DNA of 54,166 bases from an uncultured Myxococcales bacterium (lineage in GTDB: Bacteria; Myxococcota_A; Polyangia; HGW-17; SLPX01). The notes under the pieces are model-generated. The model was not told the DNA's origin. It was given only the letters and a program-made list of their open reading frames with translations, and made no database searches. Location of the stretch: the NCBI GenBank assembly GCA_964539505.1, contig CAZIJS010000006.1, positions 1 to 54,166 on the forward strand. Reading direction: 5' to 3'. Below, one piece after another: positions 29,406-38,209 of the stretch; the stretch's first letter is position 1, and each line of letters opens with the position of its first letter. The translations under genes and the position numbers were made by a program.

Positions 29406-31378
29406 CCGACGATCGATCCAAACCGGCGGACCCGACAAGGGACCGGCCCTCGCAGGAAGCTACAGACGCTGCATCCCACGGCTACGAACCCACTCAGCTC
29501 GCCGCGGCACGGCAATCGAAACCATCCGATCTGCCACAGTGGCCGGGCGAGGGGCCCCTGGCCACATCCCAAACGGAAATCCGCATGCCGCAGGACCGCC
29601 CCATGGAGGCATCGGGGCTCAACGTCCTGGGCTCTGTCCTGGCAGGCCGTTATCAGATCAAGGATCGACTCGGTTCCGGCGGTATGGGCATTGTCTACCG
29701 TGCCGAACACGTGGCTCTCCATAAAGACGTAGCAGTCAAAGTCCTGCTCCCGGAACTGAGTTCCATCCGGTCGGTGGCGGAACGATTCGAGCGGGAGGCT
29801 CTCTCCTTGTCGAAACTCGATCACCCCGGGATCGTTCGGGTCATCGATTTCGGAAGCACCGAGCAAGGGCTCCTCTATCTCGTGATGGACTTCGTGGAAG
29901 GAGAACCACTTTCCGACATCATCCGCAGAGAAGCGCCTTTCACCGCCGAACGGGCCGTCTCGCTCTGTCTCCAGATTCTGCTCGCCCTCGACCACGCCCA
30001 CGGCCTGGGCGTCGTCCACAGGGACTTGAAGCCGGACAACATCATGATCGTGGACCCCGGCACCAGGACAGAATCCATACGCATCCTGGACTTCGGAATC
30101 GCCAAGATGCTCCAGGACACCAACGAGGAGGCCGAACCCCTCACCCAGGCGGGCATGGTGTTCGGCACTCCCGAATACGTATCTCCGGAACAGGCCTCGG
30201 GGGAACCCGACAAGGTGGACATGCGGTCCGACCTCTACACAGTGGGCGTCATCCTCTATGAGATGCTCGCAGGGCACAGACCCTTCGAGGCATCCTCCCG
30301 CATGGCCCTGCTCAACCAGCACATGACCAAGAAGCCGTCGCCCATCCAAGTGGATCGGCCGGACCGGGTGATCCCACAAGGCCTCGCCGCCATCGTGATG
30401 CAGGCCCTGGAAAAAGACCGGAGCGAGCGTTTCCAGTCGGCACTGGAATTTTACTCGGCATTGATCCACCTGCCCATGGAACGTCCGCACTTCTCGCTCT
30501 GGCCGGGCGCCGTTCCCCCCGTCGAATCCCTCCCATCGGTGCACATGAAGCGCAGACGCGGTAAACGGATCGTCTGGGTCCTGGCGGCCATCATCCTTCT
30601 GACAGCCCTTGCCGGCGGGTTTCTCTGGTGGACGCAGCGTCACCAGGAACCTGCGCCCCCTCCCTCCAAAACCAACGTGCAAGACGTCGACAGCCTGCTG
30701 TCCGAACTCACGCCTGCAGAGAGAAAGGCCCTGTTGCCTGTCCGAAAGGCCCTGGTGGGGGTCAAGCCGTCCAGAGCCATCCGGCTGCTGACGCCCATGG
30801 TCGAAAAACAGAAAGACTCCGCTCCCCTCTGGTATCTCCTGGCCCGGGCCTACGGGATGCTCCATACCAAGACGGGAACCTTGAAAATGCTCTACTCGTA
30901 CCGCAAGGCTTTGGAGCAAGACCCCCAGCTTGCCCGCCGTCCACGATTCAAGCAAGACATCCTCTTCGCCCTCAACTCCAAGTACCGAGCCGTGCGCCAG
31001 GCCACGGTGGCACTCATCGACAGCCACATGGGCAAGGAAGCACGCGACATCATCGCGCAGGTGAGCCGTACCCACAACAGCTACCGGCTCATCCGTGACC
31101 TCCTCGTGGTGGCGGACAAACACGGCATCGCCGATGCCGTGGACAAAAAGCGCCTCTACAAAAAGATGCTCAACGACTCCCCGAAATGCGCGGAACGAGC
31201 CGAGGCCGTGCGCCAGCTCATGCTCACCAACGACCGGTCGGTCCTTCCATTCCTACGCCGGGCACTCAATCGCAAGCCATGGAAGGACGGGGGGCGCACC
31301 ATCTCCAACAAATGCATCGAAGACATCTTGCGTCAGGCCGTTTTGACGCTGGACCAGACAAATCGCACAAAAAAATGA
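29402..31378 (+). CDS. Membrane Ser/Thr protein kinase with C-terminal TPR/HEAT-like region
   Basis: ATG 29402 after AGGAG, overlapping the M16 stop. GSGGMG, VAVK, HRDLKPDN, DFG, GTPEYVSPE. TM IVWVLAAIILLTALAGGFLWW. Confidence 0.93.
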   Translation: MTDDRSKPADPTRDRPSQEATDAASHGYEPTQLAAARQSKPSDLPQWPGEGPLATSQTEIRMPQDRPMEASGLNVLGSVLAGRYQIKDRLGSGGMGIVYRAEHVALHKDVAVKVLLPELSSIRSVAERFEREALSLSKLDHPGIVRVIDFGSTEQGLLYLVMDFVEGEPLSDIIRREAPFTAERAVSLCLQILLALDHAHGLGVVHRDLKPDNIMIVDPGTRTESIRILDFGIAKMLQDTNEEAEPLTQAGMVFGTPEYVSPEQASGEPDKVDMRSDLYTVGVILYEMLAGHRPFEASSRMALLNQHMTKKPSPIQVDRPDRVIPQGLAAIVMQALEKDRSERFQSALEFYSALIHLPMERPHFSLWPGAVPPVESLPSVHMKRRRGKRIVWVLAAIILLTALAGGFLWWTQRHQEPAPPPSKTNVQDVDSLLSELTPAERKALLPVRKALVGVKPSRAIRLLTPMVEKQKDSAPLWYLLARAYGMLHTKTGTLKMLYSYRKALEQDPQLARRPRFKQDILFALNSKYRAVRQATVALIDSHMGKEARDIIAQVSRTHNSYRLIRDLLVVADKHGIADAVDKKRLYKKMLNDSPKCAERAEAVRQLMLTNDRSVLPFLRRALNRKPWKDGGRTISNKCIEDILRQAVLTLDQTNRTKK

Positions 31379-31463
31379 CCCGGCCGGAAAGACGCTCGAT
31401 GACGCAAGGGCGGATCGAGATGCAGGCCTTCCCTCAAGTGCGCCACATCGACAACGAATCGTG

Positions 31464-31823
31464 CTATTCGGACTCGGTATCCAGAGAACTGGCGGAGGGA
31501 TCGCTCGCATCACCGGTCTTCCCCGGACTCCCGGCAACCATCGAAGCACTGGCCCCGCCACGGATCCTGCGCCGTTTCTGGTAGGCCCACTCGATCCCCT
31601 TACCGGCAGCATATCCCAACAGGGCATAGAGCCCCGCCCAGAGAATCAATGGGAGTCGCAGAGACCAAAAAAAGATGTAAGTACGCACCGGGTGGGTGTT
31701 TTGAAAGACCAGGATCAAACCAAGGACCACCAACAGGGCCACTGCGGTCGCCTTGCGGTGTGTCTTGAGAAAAAAGACCATCGTTGCCCAGGTCCTCGCA
31801 AAGCCGCTCTTCGATCCCGCCAT
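31464..31823 (-). CDS. LapA/DUF1049-like small membrane protein
   Basis: LILVFQNTHPVRTYIFFWSLRLPLIL between two TM helices. ATG 31823 after GGAGG. Confidence 0.7.
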   Translation of the reverse strand: MAGSKSGFARTWATMVFFLKTHRKATAVALLVVLGLILVFQNTHPVRTYIFFWSLRLPLILWAGLYALLGYAAGKGIEWAYQKRRRIRGGASASMVAGSPGKTGDASDPSASSLDTESE

Positions 31824-31881
31824 ATTCGAACCTCCCAAGGCGATACTTTGAACCGCTCATCGAGCAGCGGCACTCGACATC

Positions 31882-32628
31882 CTAGAGTGCCGAACCAAGA
31901 ACCATGACGTCGTAGAACGCATGGGTGTACGCCGCGACACTGAGTCCTCGATACCAATATATCAACCCGAGGAGCATACCCGTCAACGTCCGGTATGCAA
32001 ATGCCCAGACTTCGAAAGGCTCACCGCCGGGCCAATGGTGAGCCGCAGAGAAGAGCAACGACGAGACAGCCAGGGCCGTGAACATGGCCCCGCTCTTCGA
32101 CCAGTTCGCCTTGCCAACCAGGAGCTTGACCAACCCGCCAAACAAGATGAGTCGAAACACCAGTTCCTCGTAGAGTCCCGCCCCTGCTGAAACCTGCACC
32201 ACGTCCAGCCACCCGCCCCGACTCCCGACTCCTCCGGCCATCACCGGAGGTTCCATGTGGAACACCTTCACGAGAAGGAACACGACCAACGATCCCAGGC
32301 TCACGGCATAGAGTCCCGCCTCGGCCAGGACAGGCCCAATGTTTCTCCAGGCGAACTCCTGCCTGCTCCTGGCCCACCACCAAAGGCCCATGAACCCCAC
32401 CAGCACGGCTATCTCCAAACCAAGGGTGACTTCCGGCCAATGCCGATCCAGGAGTATCAACCCCATGGACACCAGGTCCACCCCGTTCAGCCTTCCGTTG
32501 AACAGGGTGCCCAAATGATACAAAAGGGCCAGGGGAAAGAGAAAGAGCACCTCGGTGGACAGACTCGGCCGAGAGGCAAAATAGATCCACAATCCCCTGG
32601 TGCGATGTTTCTCCGGCAACCGCTTCAC
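31882..32628 (-). CDS. CPBP (type II CAAX/Abi) family intramembrane protease
   Basis: YEELVFR (EExxxR), FSAAHH, HAFYD, multiple TM helices. Confidence 0.88.
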   Translation of the reverse strand: MKRLPEKHRTRGLWIYFASRPSLSTEVLFLFPLALLYHLGTLFNGRLNGVDLVSMGLILLDRHWPEVTLGLEIAVLVGFMGLWWWARSRQEFAWRNIGPVLAEAGLYAVSLGSLVVFLLVKVFHMEPPVMAGGVGSRGGWLDVVQVSAGAGLYEELVFRLILFGGLVKLLVGKANWSKSGAMFTALAVSSLLFSAAHHWPGGEPFEVWAFAYRTLTGMLLGLIYWYRGLSVAAYTHAFYDVMVLGSAL

Positions 32629-32713
32629 GCATCACCTCCAAAAGCGACCGTTCCCAGCAGCGAGAGCACGTCATGATATTCCATACCCACTGACGGGTCC
32701 AATCCCCTGGTCC

Positions 32714-32932
32714 GACAATCAAGAAGCCATCGTACGAGATTCAGGTCTCTCCTGGACCATCGTCCGCCCCGGCTTTCTCACCAACGGTCCGAAAACCGGC
32801 GCGTACCGAGTCCTCACGGACATGACCGGCGTGAAAGCAGGCAAGATTTCCCGAGCGGACGTGGGCCACTTCCTGCTCGGGGAGGCCGAAAAAAACGAGC
32901 ATGTCTCCGGTACCGTCCTCCTGACCGCCTGA
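32714..32932 (+). pseudogene. C-terminal remnant of an NAD(P)H-binding (flavin reductase/atypical SDR) protein
   Basis: QEAIVRDSGLSWTIVRPGFLTNGP...ISRADVGHFLL is the C-terminal third of this family. No Rossmann GxxGxxG N-terminus and no credible start. Confidence 0.7.
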
Positions 32933-33047
32933 CAGACTTCTCACTGTAGGCAGCACCTGCGGAGCATGTCCCAGCCTCCCCTCCCGGCTTGACCCAATGA
33001 CAACAAGGTGGCAACGTCCCTGCAGACGATCAGGGAAAGGACTGTTT

Positions 33048-35348
33048 ATGGTCGAAGCTCCTCGAGGCAATCAAGGACAGGCCGGCAAGAAAAGGCCTCC
33101 GAATCGGGACGGGACAGCCCAGGAGACTCGCCAGGCCCAGATGCCGCTTGCCGGCTTGGGGTCGGTTCCACAAGGTGCCGAAAGCCTATCGGGAACCGTT
33201 GCACGGATCATCTACGAAAACCGCATGAACGACTGGAAGGTGGTGGCTGTCGAAGACGCCTCGGGACGTGAACTCGTGGCCACGGGCCGTCTTCCGGGTG
33301 TGCGTGAAGGTGAGAGCGTCACCCTCTGGGGCCGATGGACAACCACGAAAAAATACGGCCGTCGGTTCGAAGTGGATGGATTTGCCGTGGTCAGCCCGGC
33401 CACCGAACGTGGCATCCTCAAGCTCCTCTCCTCGGGATTCATCGAGGGCATCGGCAAGGGCCTGGCCAAGAGACTCGTGGACGAGTTCGGGTCTCAGACC
33501 CTCGAAATCATTCGAAACGACCCCGACAGACTGCGCAGCATCGAAGGAATCGGGCCCAAGCGCTCCCGGAGAATCAAGGAAGCCCTGGAGAAACACGAAG
33601 GCCTCCGCGAGGCCCTGGTCTTCCTCCAAGGCCACGGTCTGGGCATCGCCCAGTCCCAGAAGGTCTACAAAATATTCGGTGCCAGGACGATTGCCGCAGT
33701 GCAGACAGACCCCTACCGCCTGGTCACCGATGTCCGGGGTATCGGCTTTCTCACTGCCGACCGCATCGCACAGAGCATGGGTATCGCGCCGGACGCGCCG
33801 ACCAGGATCCAGGCGGGCCTGGTCCACGAACTCCAAACCGCGGCAGACGACGGCCATTGCTTCCTGCCGGAACCAGAACTCCTCTCGCGAGCCGCCGAGC
33901 GGCTCTCACTCGATGAACCCCTCGTGGTCGACCAGGTGGAGGCCTTGATCTCGCGCCACCTGGTGGTGGCACAATCGAGCGCCGAGCTGGGCAAACCCGA
34001 AGCACCCCGGGTGATCTACCCCGTGGGTCTGTTCCATGCAGAAACGGGTGTGGCCGCAGACGCGGCCCGGCTCATCCGCTCCGAGGGCTCCTCCATGCCT
34101 GACGCCGCCTCTGCACTGCGCCGAGTGGAACACAAGCTGGGACTGACCCTGGGAGAATCCCAGGTCGAAGCCGTGACCAAGGCTCTCGCCCACAAAGTGG
34201 TTCTGATCACAGGCGGGCCGGGCACGGGTAAGACCACCCTGGTCCGGACGCTGACCATGCTTTTCGAACAGGCCGATTTATCGGTGGAGCTGGCGGCTCC
34301 CACGGGCAGAGCCGCTAGGCGGCTGGCCGAGGTCACGGGCCGCCCAGCCAGGACCATCCATCGCCTCCTCGAGTATGCGCCCCAGGCCCGCGGCTTTCTC
34401 AGAAACAGGCAGCGTCCCCTGGACCTGGACGTGCTGGTGCTCGACGAGGTGTCCATGGTCGATATCGTCCTTGCCTTCCACGTTCTGTCCGCACTGCCGG
34501 ATCGGGCAAGACTCATCCTCGTGGGTGATTCGGATCAGCTTCCTTCCGTGGGTCCTGGATCGGTGCTCGCGGATTTTATCGCATCGGGCAGGGTTCCCAC
34601 GAGTCGGCTCACCCAGGTCTTTCGCCAGGCTGCAATGAGTAAAATCGTCACTGCGGCCCACCAGGTCAACCAGGGCCGCATGATCGATCTTACCGAAGGC
34701 AAAGGCACATCAGAGGGAGAATTTTTCCACCTCGACAACGACGATCCAGCCAAGATCACGGACCTGATCTTGCGGATGGTCACCGAGAGGATTCCCCGTC
34801 GCTACGGCATGGACCCGGTGCGCGACGTGCAGGTCCTCAGCCCGATGAAGCGCGGCCCCCTGGGCATCGACGCCCTCAACGATCGGCTCAGGGACGTCCT
34901 CAATCCGGCCAATGGAGCCGAACCCTCCGACGCCCCCTTTCGGCCCGGCGACAAGGTCATGCAGATCCGAAACGACTACGACAAAGACGTGTTCAACGGC
35001 GACATCGGCATCGTCACATCCGTGCATGCAGACTCCCTGGAAACGGTCGTGGACTTCGACGGCAGAAAGGTTCCCTTCGAAGCATCGGATCTCAACGAAC
35101 TGGTCTTGGCCTATGCCTGCACCGTGCACAAGAGCCAGGGAAGCGAATATCCCGCGGTGATCATGCCGCTGGTCACCGGCCACTACATGATGCTCCAACG
35201 AAACCTTCTCTACACGGCCATCACCAGGGCAAGAAAGCTCTTCGTACTGCTCGGGCCCTCCCGGGCGCTCAGAATCGCAGTGTCCAACGACCGGATCAGA
35301 CATCGATACACGGGCCTGGCTCCCAGAATCCATCGACTCCTGACATGA
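33048..35348 (+). CDS. recD2: ATP-dependent RecD-like DNA helicase (RecD2)
   Basis: HhH repeats (IEGIGKG, IEGIGPK, RGIGF), GGPGTGKTT, APTGRAA, DEVSM, GDSDQLPSVG, HKSQGSEY, LYTAITRA. Confidence 0.94.
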   Translation: MVEAPRGNQGQAGKKRPPNRDGTAQETRQAQMPLAGLGSVPQGAESLSGTVARIIYENRMNDWKVVAVEDASGRELVATGRLPGVREGESVTLWGRWTTTKKYGRRFEVDGFAVVSPATERGILKLLSSGFIEGIGKGLAKRLVDEFGSQTLEIIRNDPDRLRSIEGIGPKRSRRIKEALEKHEGLREALVFLQGHGLGIAQSQKVYKIFGARTIAAVQTDPYRLVTDVRGIGFLTADRIAQSMGIAPDAPTRIQAGLVHELQTAADDGHCFLPEPELLSRAAERLSLDEPLVVDQVEALISRHLVVAQSSAELGKPEAPRVIYPVGLFHAETGVAADAARLIRSEGSSMPDAASALRRVEHKLGLTLGESQVEAVTKALAHKVVLITGGPGTGKTTLVRTLTMLFEQADLSVELAAPTGRAARRLAEVTGRPARTIHRLLEYAPQARGFLRNRQRPLDLDVLVLDEVSMVDIVLAFHVLSALPDRARLILVGDSDQLPSVGPGSVLADFIASGRVPTSRLTQVFRQAAMSKIVTAAHQVNQGRMIDLTEGKGTSEGEFFHLDNDDPAKITDLILRMVTERIPRRYGMDPVRDVQVLSPMKRGPLGIDALNDRLRDVLNPANGAEPSDAPFRPGDKVMQIRNDYDKDVFNGDIGIVTSVHADSLETVVDFDGRKVPFEASDLNELVLAYACTVHKSQGSEYPAVIMPLVTGHYMMLQRNLLYTAITRARKLFVLLGPSRALRIAVSNDRIRHRYTGLAPRIHRLLT

Positions 35349-36262
35349 CTGACACCAACCCACGACAGGAAACACCCTTGGCTGCCGAGGATCACGAGAC
35401 CATCGAGTCTGCAGTTTCCTGCCGCAGCCTGACACGTGTCTTTCGGAGGAGAGGCGGAGATGTCGTTGCTGTCTCGGACATGAATCTCGACATAAAGCGT
35501 GGGACGATATTCGGACTGCTCGGCCCAAATGGTGCGGGAAAGACCACCACGGTCCGCATGCTCACCGGGCAGCTCCCTCCCAGTTCTGGTCATGGCACTG
35601 TCGCGGGATGCGACATCCGCAGGGATCGCAAAGCCCTCCACCGGCATATCGGCGTGGTGTTCGACCAGCCCAATCTCTATGACCAACTCACCGGGCGGCA
35701 GAACCTGCTCCTGTTCGCCTCCCTCCACGGAGTCTCGAAGAGCCGCGTCGAAGAAGTGCTCGAACAGGTGGACATGATGGATGCGGCCGGGCGGCGGTTC
35801 AAGTCCTATTCCAGGGGCATGAAGCAACGGATCGTCATGGCCAGGGCCCTGCTCCACGAGCCGAGCGTCTTGTTCCTCGACGAACCCACACTCGGTCTGG
35901 ATCCCTCGTCGCAGGCATCCATCCGCGATCTCATCGCCGAGACTGCGCAGGGTGGAACCACCGTGCTGCTCACCACGCACGACATGAACCTGGCCGACAG
36001 ACTCTGCCACGAGCTGGCCATCCTGGACCAAGGCCGGGTGGTTGCCGACGGACCGCCCAGGACCCTCAAGGAAGCCCAGGGAAAAGCCCGCATTATTGCA
36101 GTCATAGACGACGGCGGGACAGTCGAATGGCCCCTGTCCGACCCGGACATGCCCAGACAAATGGCCGATGTCCTGACCTCGGGGAAAATACGCAGCATCG
36201 AAACGAAACTGCCCAGCCTCGAAGACGTGTTCCTGGCACTGACGGGAAGGAGGCTGTCGTGA
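35345..36262 (+). CDS. ABC-2 type transporter ATP-binding protein
   Basis: GPNGAGKTT, YSRGMKQR, LDEPTLGLD, TTHDM. Confidence 0.95.
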   Translation: MTDTNPRQETPLAAEDHETIESAVSCRSLTRVFRRRGGDVVAVSDMNLDIKRGTIFGLLGPNGAGKTTTVRMLTGQLPPSSGHGTVAGCDIRRDRKALHRHIGVVFDQPNLYDQLTGRQNLLLFASLHGVSKSRVEEVLEQVDMMDAAGRRFKSYSRGMKQRIVMARALLHEPSVLFLDEPTLGLDPSSQASIRDLIAETAQGGTTVLLTTHDMNLADRLCHELAILDQGRVVADGPPRTLKEAQGKARIIAVIDDGGTVEWPLSDPDMPRQMADVLTSGKIRSIETKLPSLEDVFLALTGRRLS

Positions 36263-37344
36263 TGCAGCAGCCCAAGGGGAGAGTTCCGGGACGATTTTCG
36301 CTGATTCAGACCCTCTTCAAAAAGGAGATGCTCCTCGGGCTCCGATCCCATTCCCTCTACGTGCTCATCGGCCTGCCCGTGGTCATCTCCCTGTCCATCC
36401 GAGCCCTGGCAGGCGGCGCAGCAATGAAACCTCCGAAACTTGCGGTGGTGGGATCGGGAAAACCGCAGATCCTCTCCCTGATAAAGTCCTGGCCGGACAA
36501 GAAAATGCCGGTCCGACTCGTCACGGTGAACAGCGAATCCCAGGGCAGAAGCATGCTCAAGAAGGGCAAACTCAATGGTCTCCTGGTCCTCCCACCCGGC
36601 TTCGACGAACAGGTGGCAGCCGGCAAACGCCCCAAGGCGATTCTCTATTTCGACGAGAGCAGGGGCACGGCATCCTTCTCGCTCAGGCCCATCCTGCGGG
36701 AGCTGTTCCGGATCCAGGCCCGCCAGCTCGATCCCGTGCAGCTCCAGGTGGTGGGAATCCGCCGCATCTCCCTCTGGGAGTCCATGCTGCCGGCCTGGGT
36801 GGTGATGGTCCTTTTGTCGGTGCTCACGCTCATGCCCTCGGGGATCGGCACCGAGCGGCAGGCCAAGACCCTCGAAGCGGTGCTGGTGACTCCCGTCGGC
36901 TGGTGGGACTGGCTTGCAGCGAAGGCGCTCTACGGGATCACCGTGGCGGGTACGGGCGGCCTCCTGGTCCTCTGGGCCAACGGAGTCCGCGGCATGAACA
37001 TGCCCCTCGTGGCTCTGGCCATCCTGCTCGGGGCTGGAGTTTCCACTCTGGCGGGCCTGCTCATCGGCCTGCTCTTCGAGTCGCCCCAGGCAGCCTCGGC
37101 GGCGTCCTCGATCATCTACATCCCCCTCCTTCTGGGGGCTTTCTTCGGAGACAAGTCTGGGTGGATGGGAGCTGCCTCCAAATGGACCCCCAGCCATGCC
37201 CTGGTCCAGGTTCTCAGCGACGCTCTCTTCGTGGGCATGGACTGGGAAGAGGCGCTCTCTCCGATCCTCATCCTCACGACGAGCGTGATCCTGCTGGCCC
37301 TGGCCTCTGTCTGGGCGCTACGCCGGGAAGAACGCCGTGTCTGA
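36259..37344 (+). CDS. ABC-2 type transporter permease
   Basis: N-terminal TM, extracytoplasmic loop, ERQAKTLEAVLVTPV motif, five further TMs. Overlaps the ATPase stop. Confidence 0.88.
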   Translation: MMQQPKGRVPGRFSLIQTLFKKEMLLGLRSHSLYVLIGLPVVISLSIRALAGGAAMKPPKLAVVGSGKPQILSLIKSWPDKKMPVRLVTVNSESQGRSMLKKGKLNGLLVLPPGFDEQVAAGKRPKAILYFDESRGTASFSLRPILRELFRIQARQLDPVQLQVVGIRRISLWESMLPAWVVMVLLSVLTLMPSGIGTERQAKTLEAVLVTPVGWWDWLAAKALYGITVAGTGGLLVLWANGVRGMNMPLVALAILLGAGVSTLAGLLIGLLFESPQAASAASSIIYIPLLLGAFFGDKSGWMGAASKWTPSHALVQVLSDALFVGMDWEEALSPILILTTSVILLALASVWALRREERRV

Positions 37345-37464
37345 ACACCCAAGACGATCTCCTTTCCACTTCCAACAGGCCCTGCTACATTCCCAGAAGC
37401 TATCGGAAAGCATCGAGGACTCCCCGCTTCGGGGATTCCGCCAAGACAACAAGGAGGTCCGGTC

Positions 37465-38136
37465 ATGAAACGAGGAACCATGGTTTTCCTGACCCTCTGG
37501 CTCCTTGGCCCCCAGGCCAAGGCTGCCCAGTCTTCCGAGAAATCCCATGCCGACACCAGAGCCATCCAGGTGGCTCAGGTTACGGGCGCATCGGCCCAGA
37601 CCCCAGCACCCGAGGCAGCCTCCATCCAATCCAGGGGTTTTTGGATGGAGACCCACATGGGATTGAATCTACGCACCCTTGCCAGCACCGGCCCAGATCT
37701 GGGAAGCGGCCTGGTCCTGGGCTACAAGTTGCAAAAGCTCGTGGTGGGTCTCGGACTGGATCTCACCTATGCCTGGGACAAAAACAGCACGAACAACACA
37801 ACGGAAACGGACCAAACCCTCTCCCTCGCCCTGGGGCCAGTGGTGGAATTCCTGCTGGCCCAGTTCGGACCCGCGGGATTCTTCGTCACGGGAGCCGGGA
37901 AGTTCCTGTTTACCTGGCACAAGGAAAAGCAGTCCATGGGGCAGCTCTCAGTGGAGCAGAAGGACAAGACATACGGATTCGACCTCAAGGCTGGTGCCGG
38001 CGGTCGCTATTATTTCGGCGGCCGGGTGGGGCTCGGGCTGGAACTGGGCATGTTGTTTTTGTATACGAAAAACGGCGACAACAAGACCTTTGGTTTCGGC
38101 CCCTACAGCATGCTCACCCTGGCCACGATCTGGTAA
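37465..38136 (+). CDS. Putative outer-membrane beta-barrel protein
   Basis: AGGAGG RBS, signal peptide, alternating amphipathic strands (GLGLDLTY, AGAGGRYYF, GLGLELG), terminal Trp. Confidence 0.7.
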   Translation: MKRGTMVFLTLWLLGPQAKAAQSSEKSHADTRAIQVAQVTGASAQTPAPEAASIQSRGFWMETHMGLNLRTLASTGPDLGSGLVLGYKLQKLVVGLGLDLTYAWDKNSTNNTTETDQTLSLALGPVVEFLLAQFGPAGFFVTGAGKFLFTWHKEKQSMGQLSVEQKDKTYGFDLKAGAGGRYYFGGRVGLGLELGMLFLYTKNGDNKTFGFGPYSMLTLATIW

Positions 38137-38209
38137 CAAGGCCTTCCCATCCACAGCCACCGGCCCGCAATACAACCCAACCAGGACAGGGGCCAACGCA
38201 TTCCTGCCC

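Noticed and set aside
27867-31123. Long antisense ORFs (523 and 576 aa), and similar ones opposite rpoN, DUF2254 and the ABC genes
   Set aside because: Typical stop-poor shadow frames of high-GC coding DNA, with no motifs or RBS.
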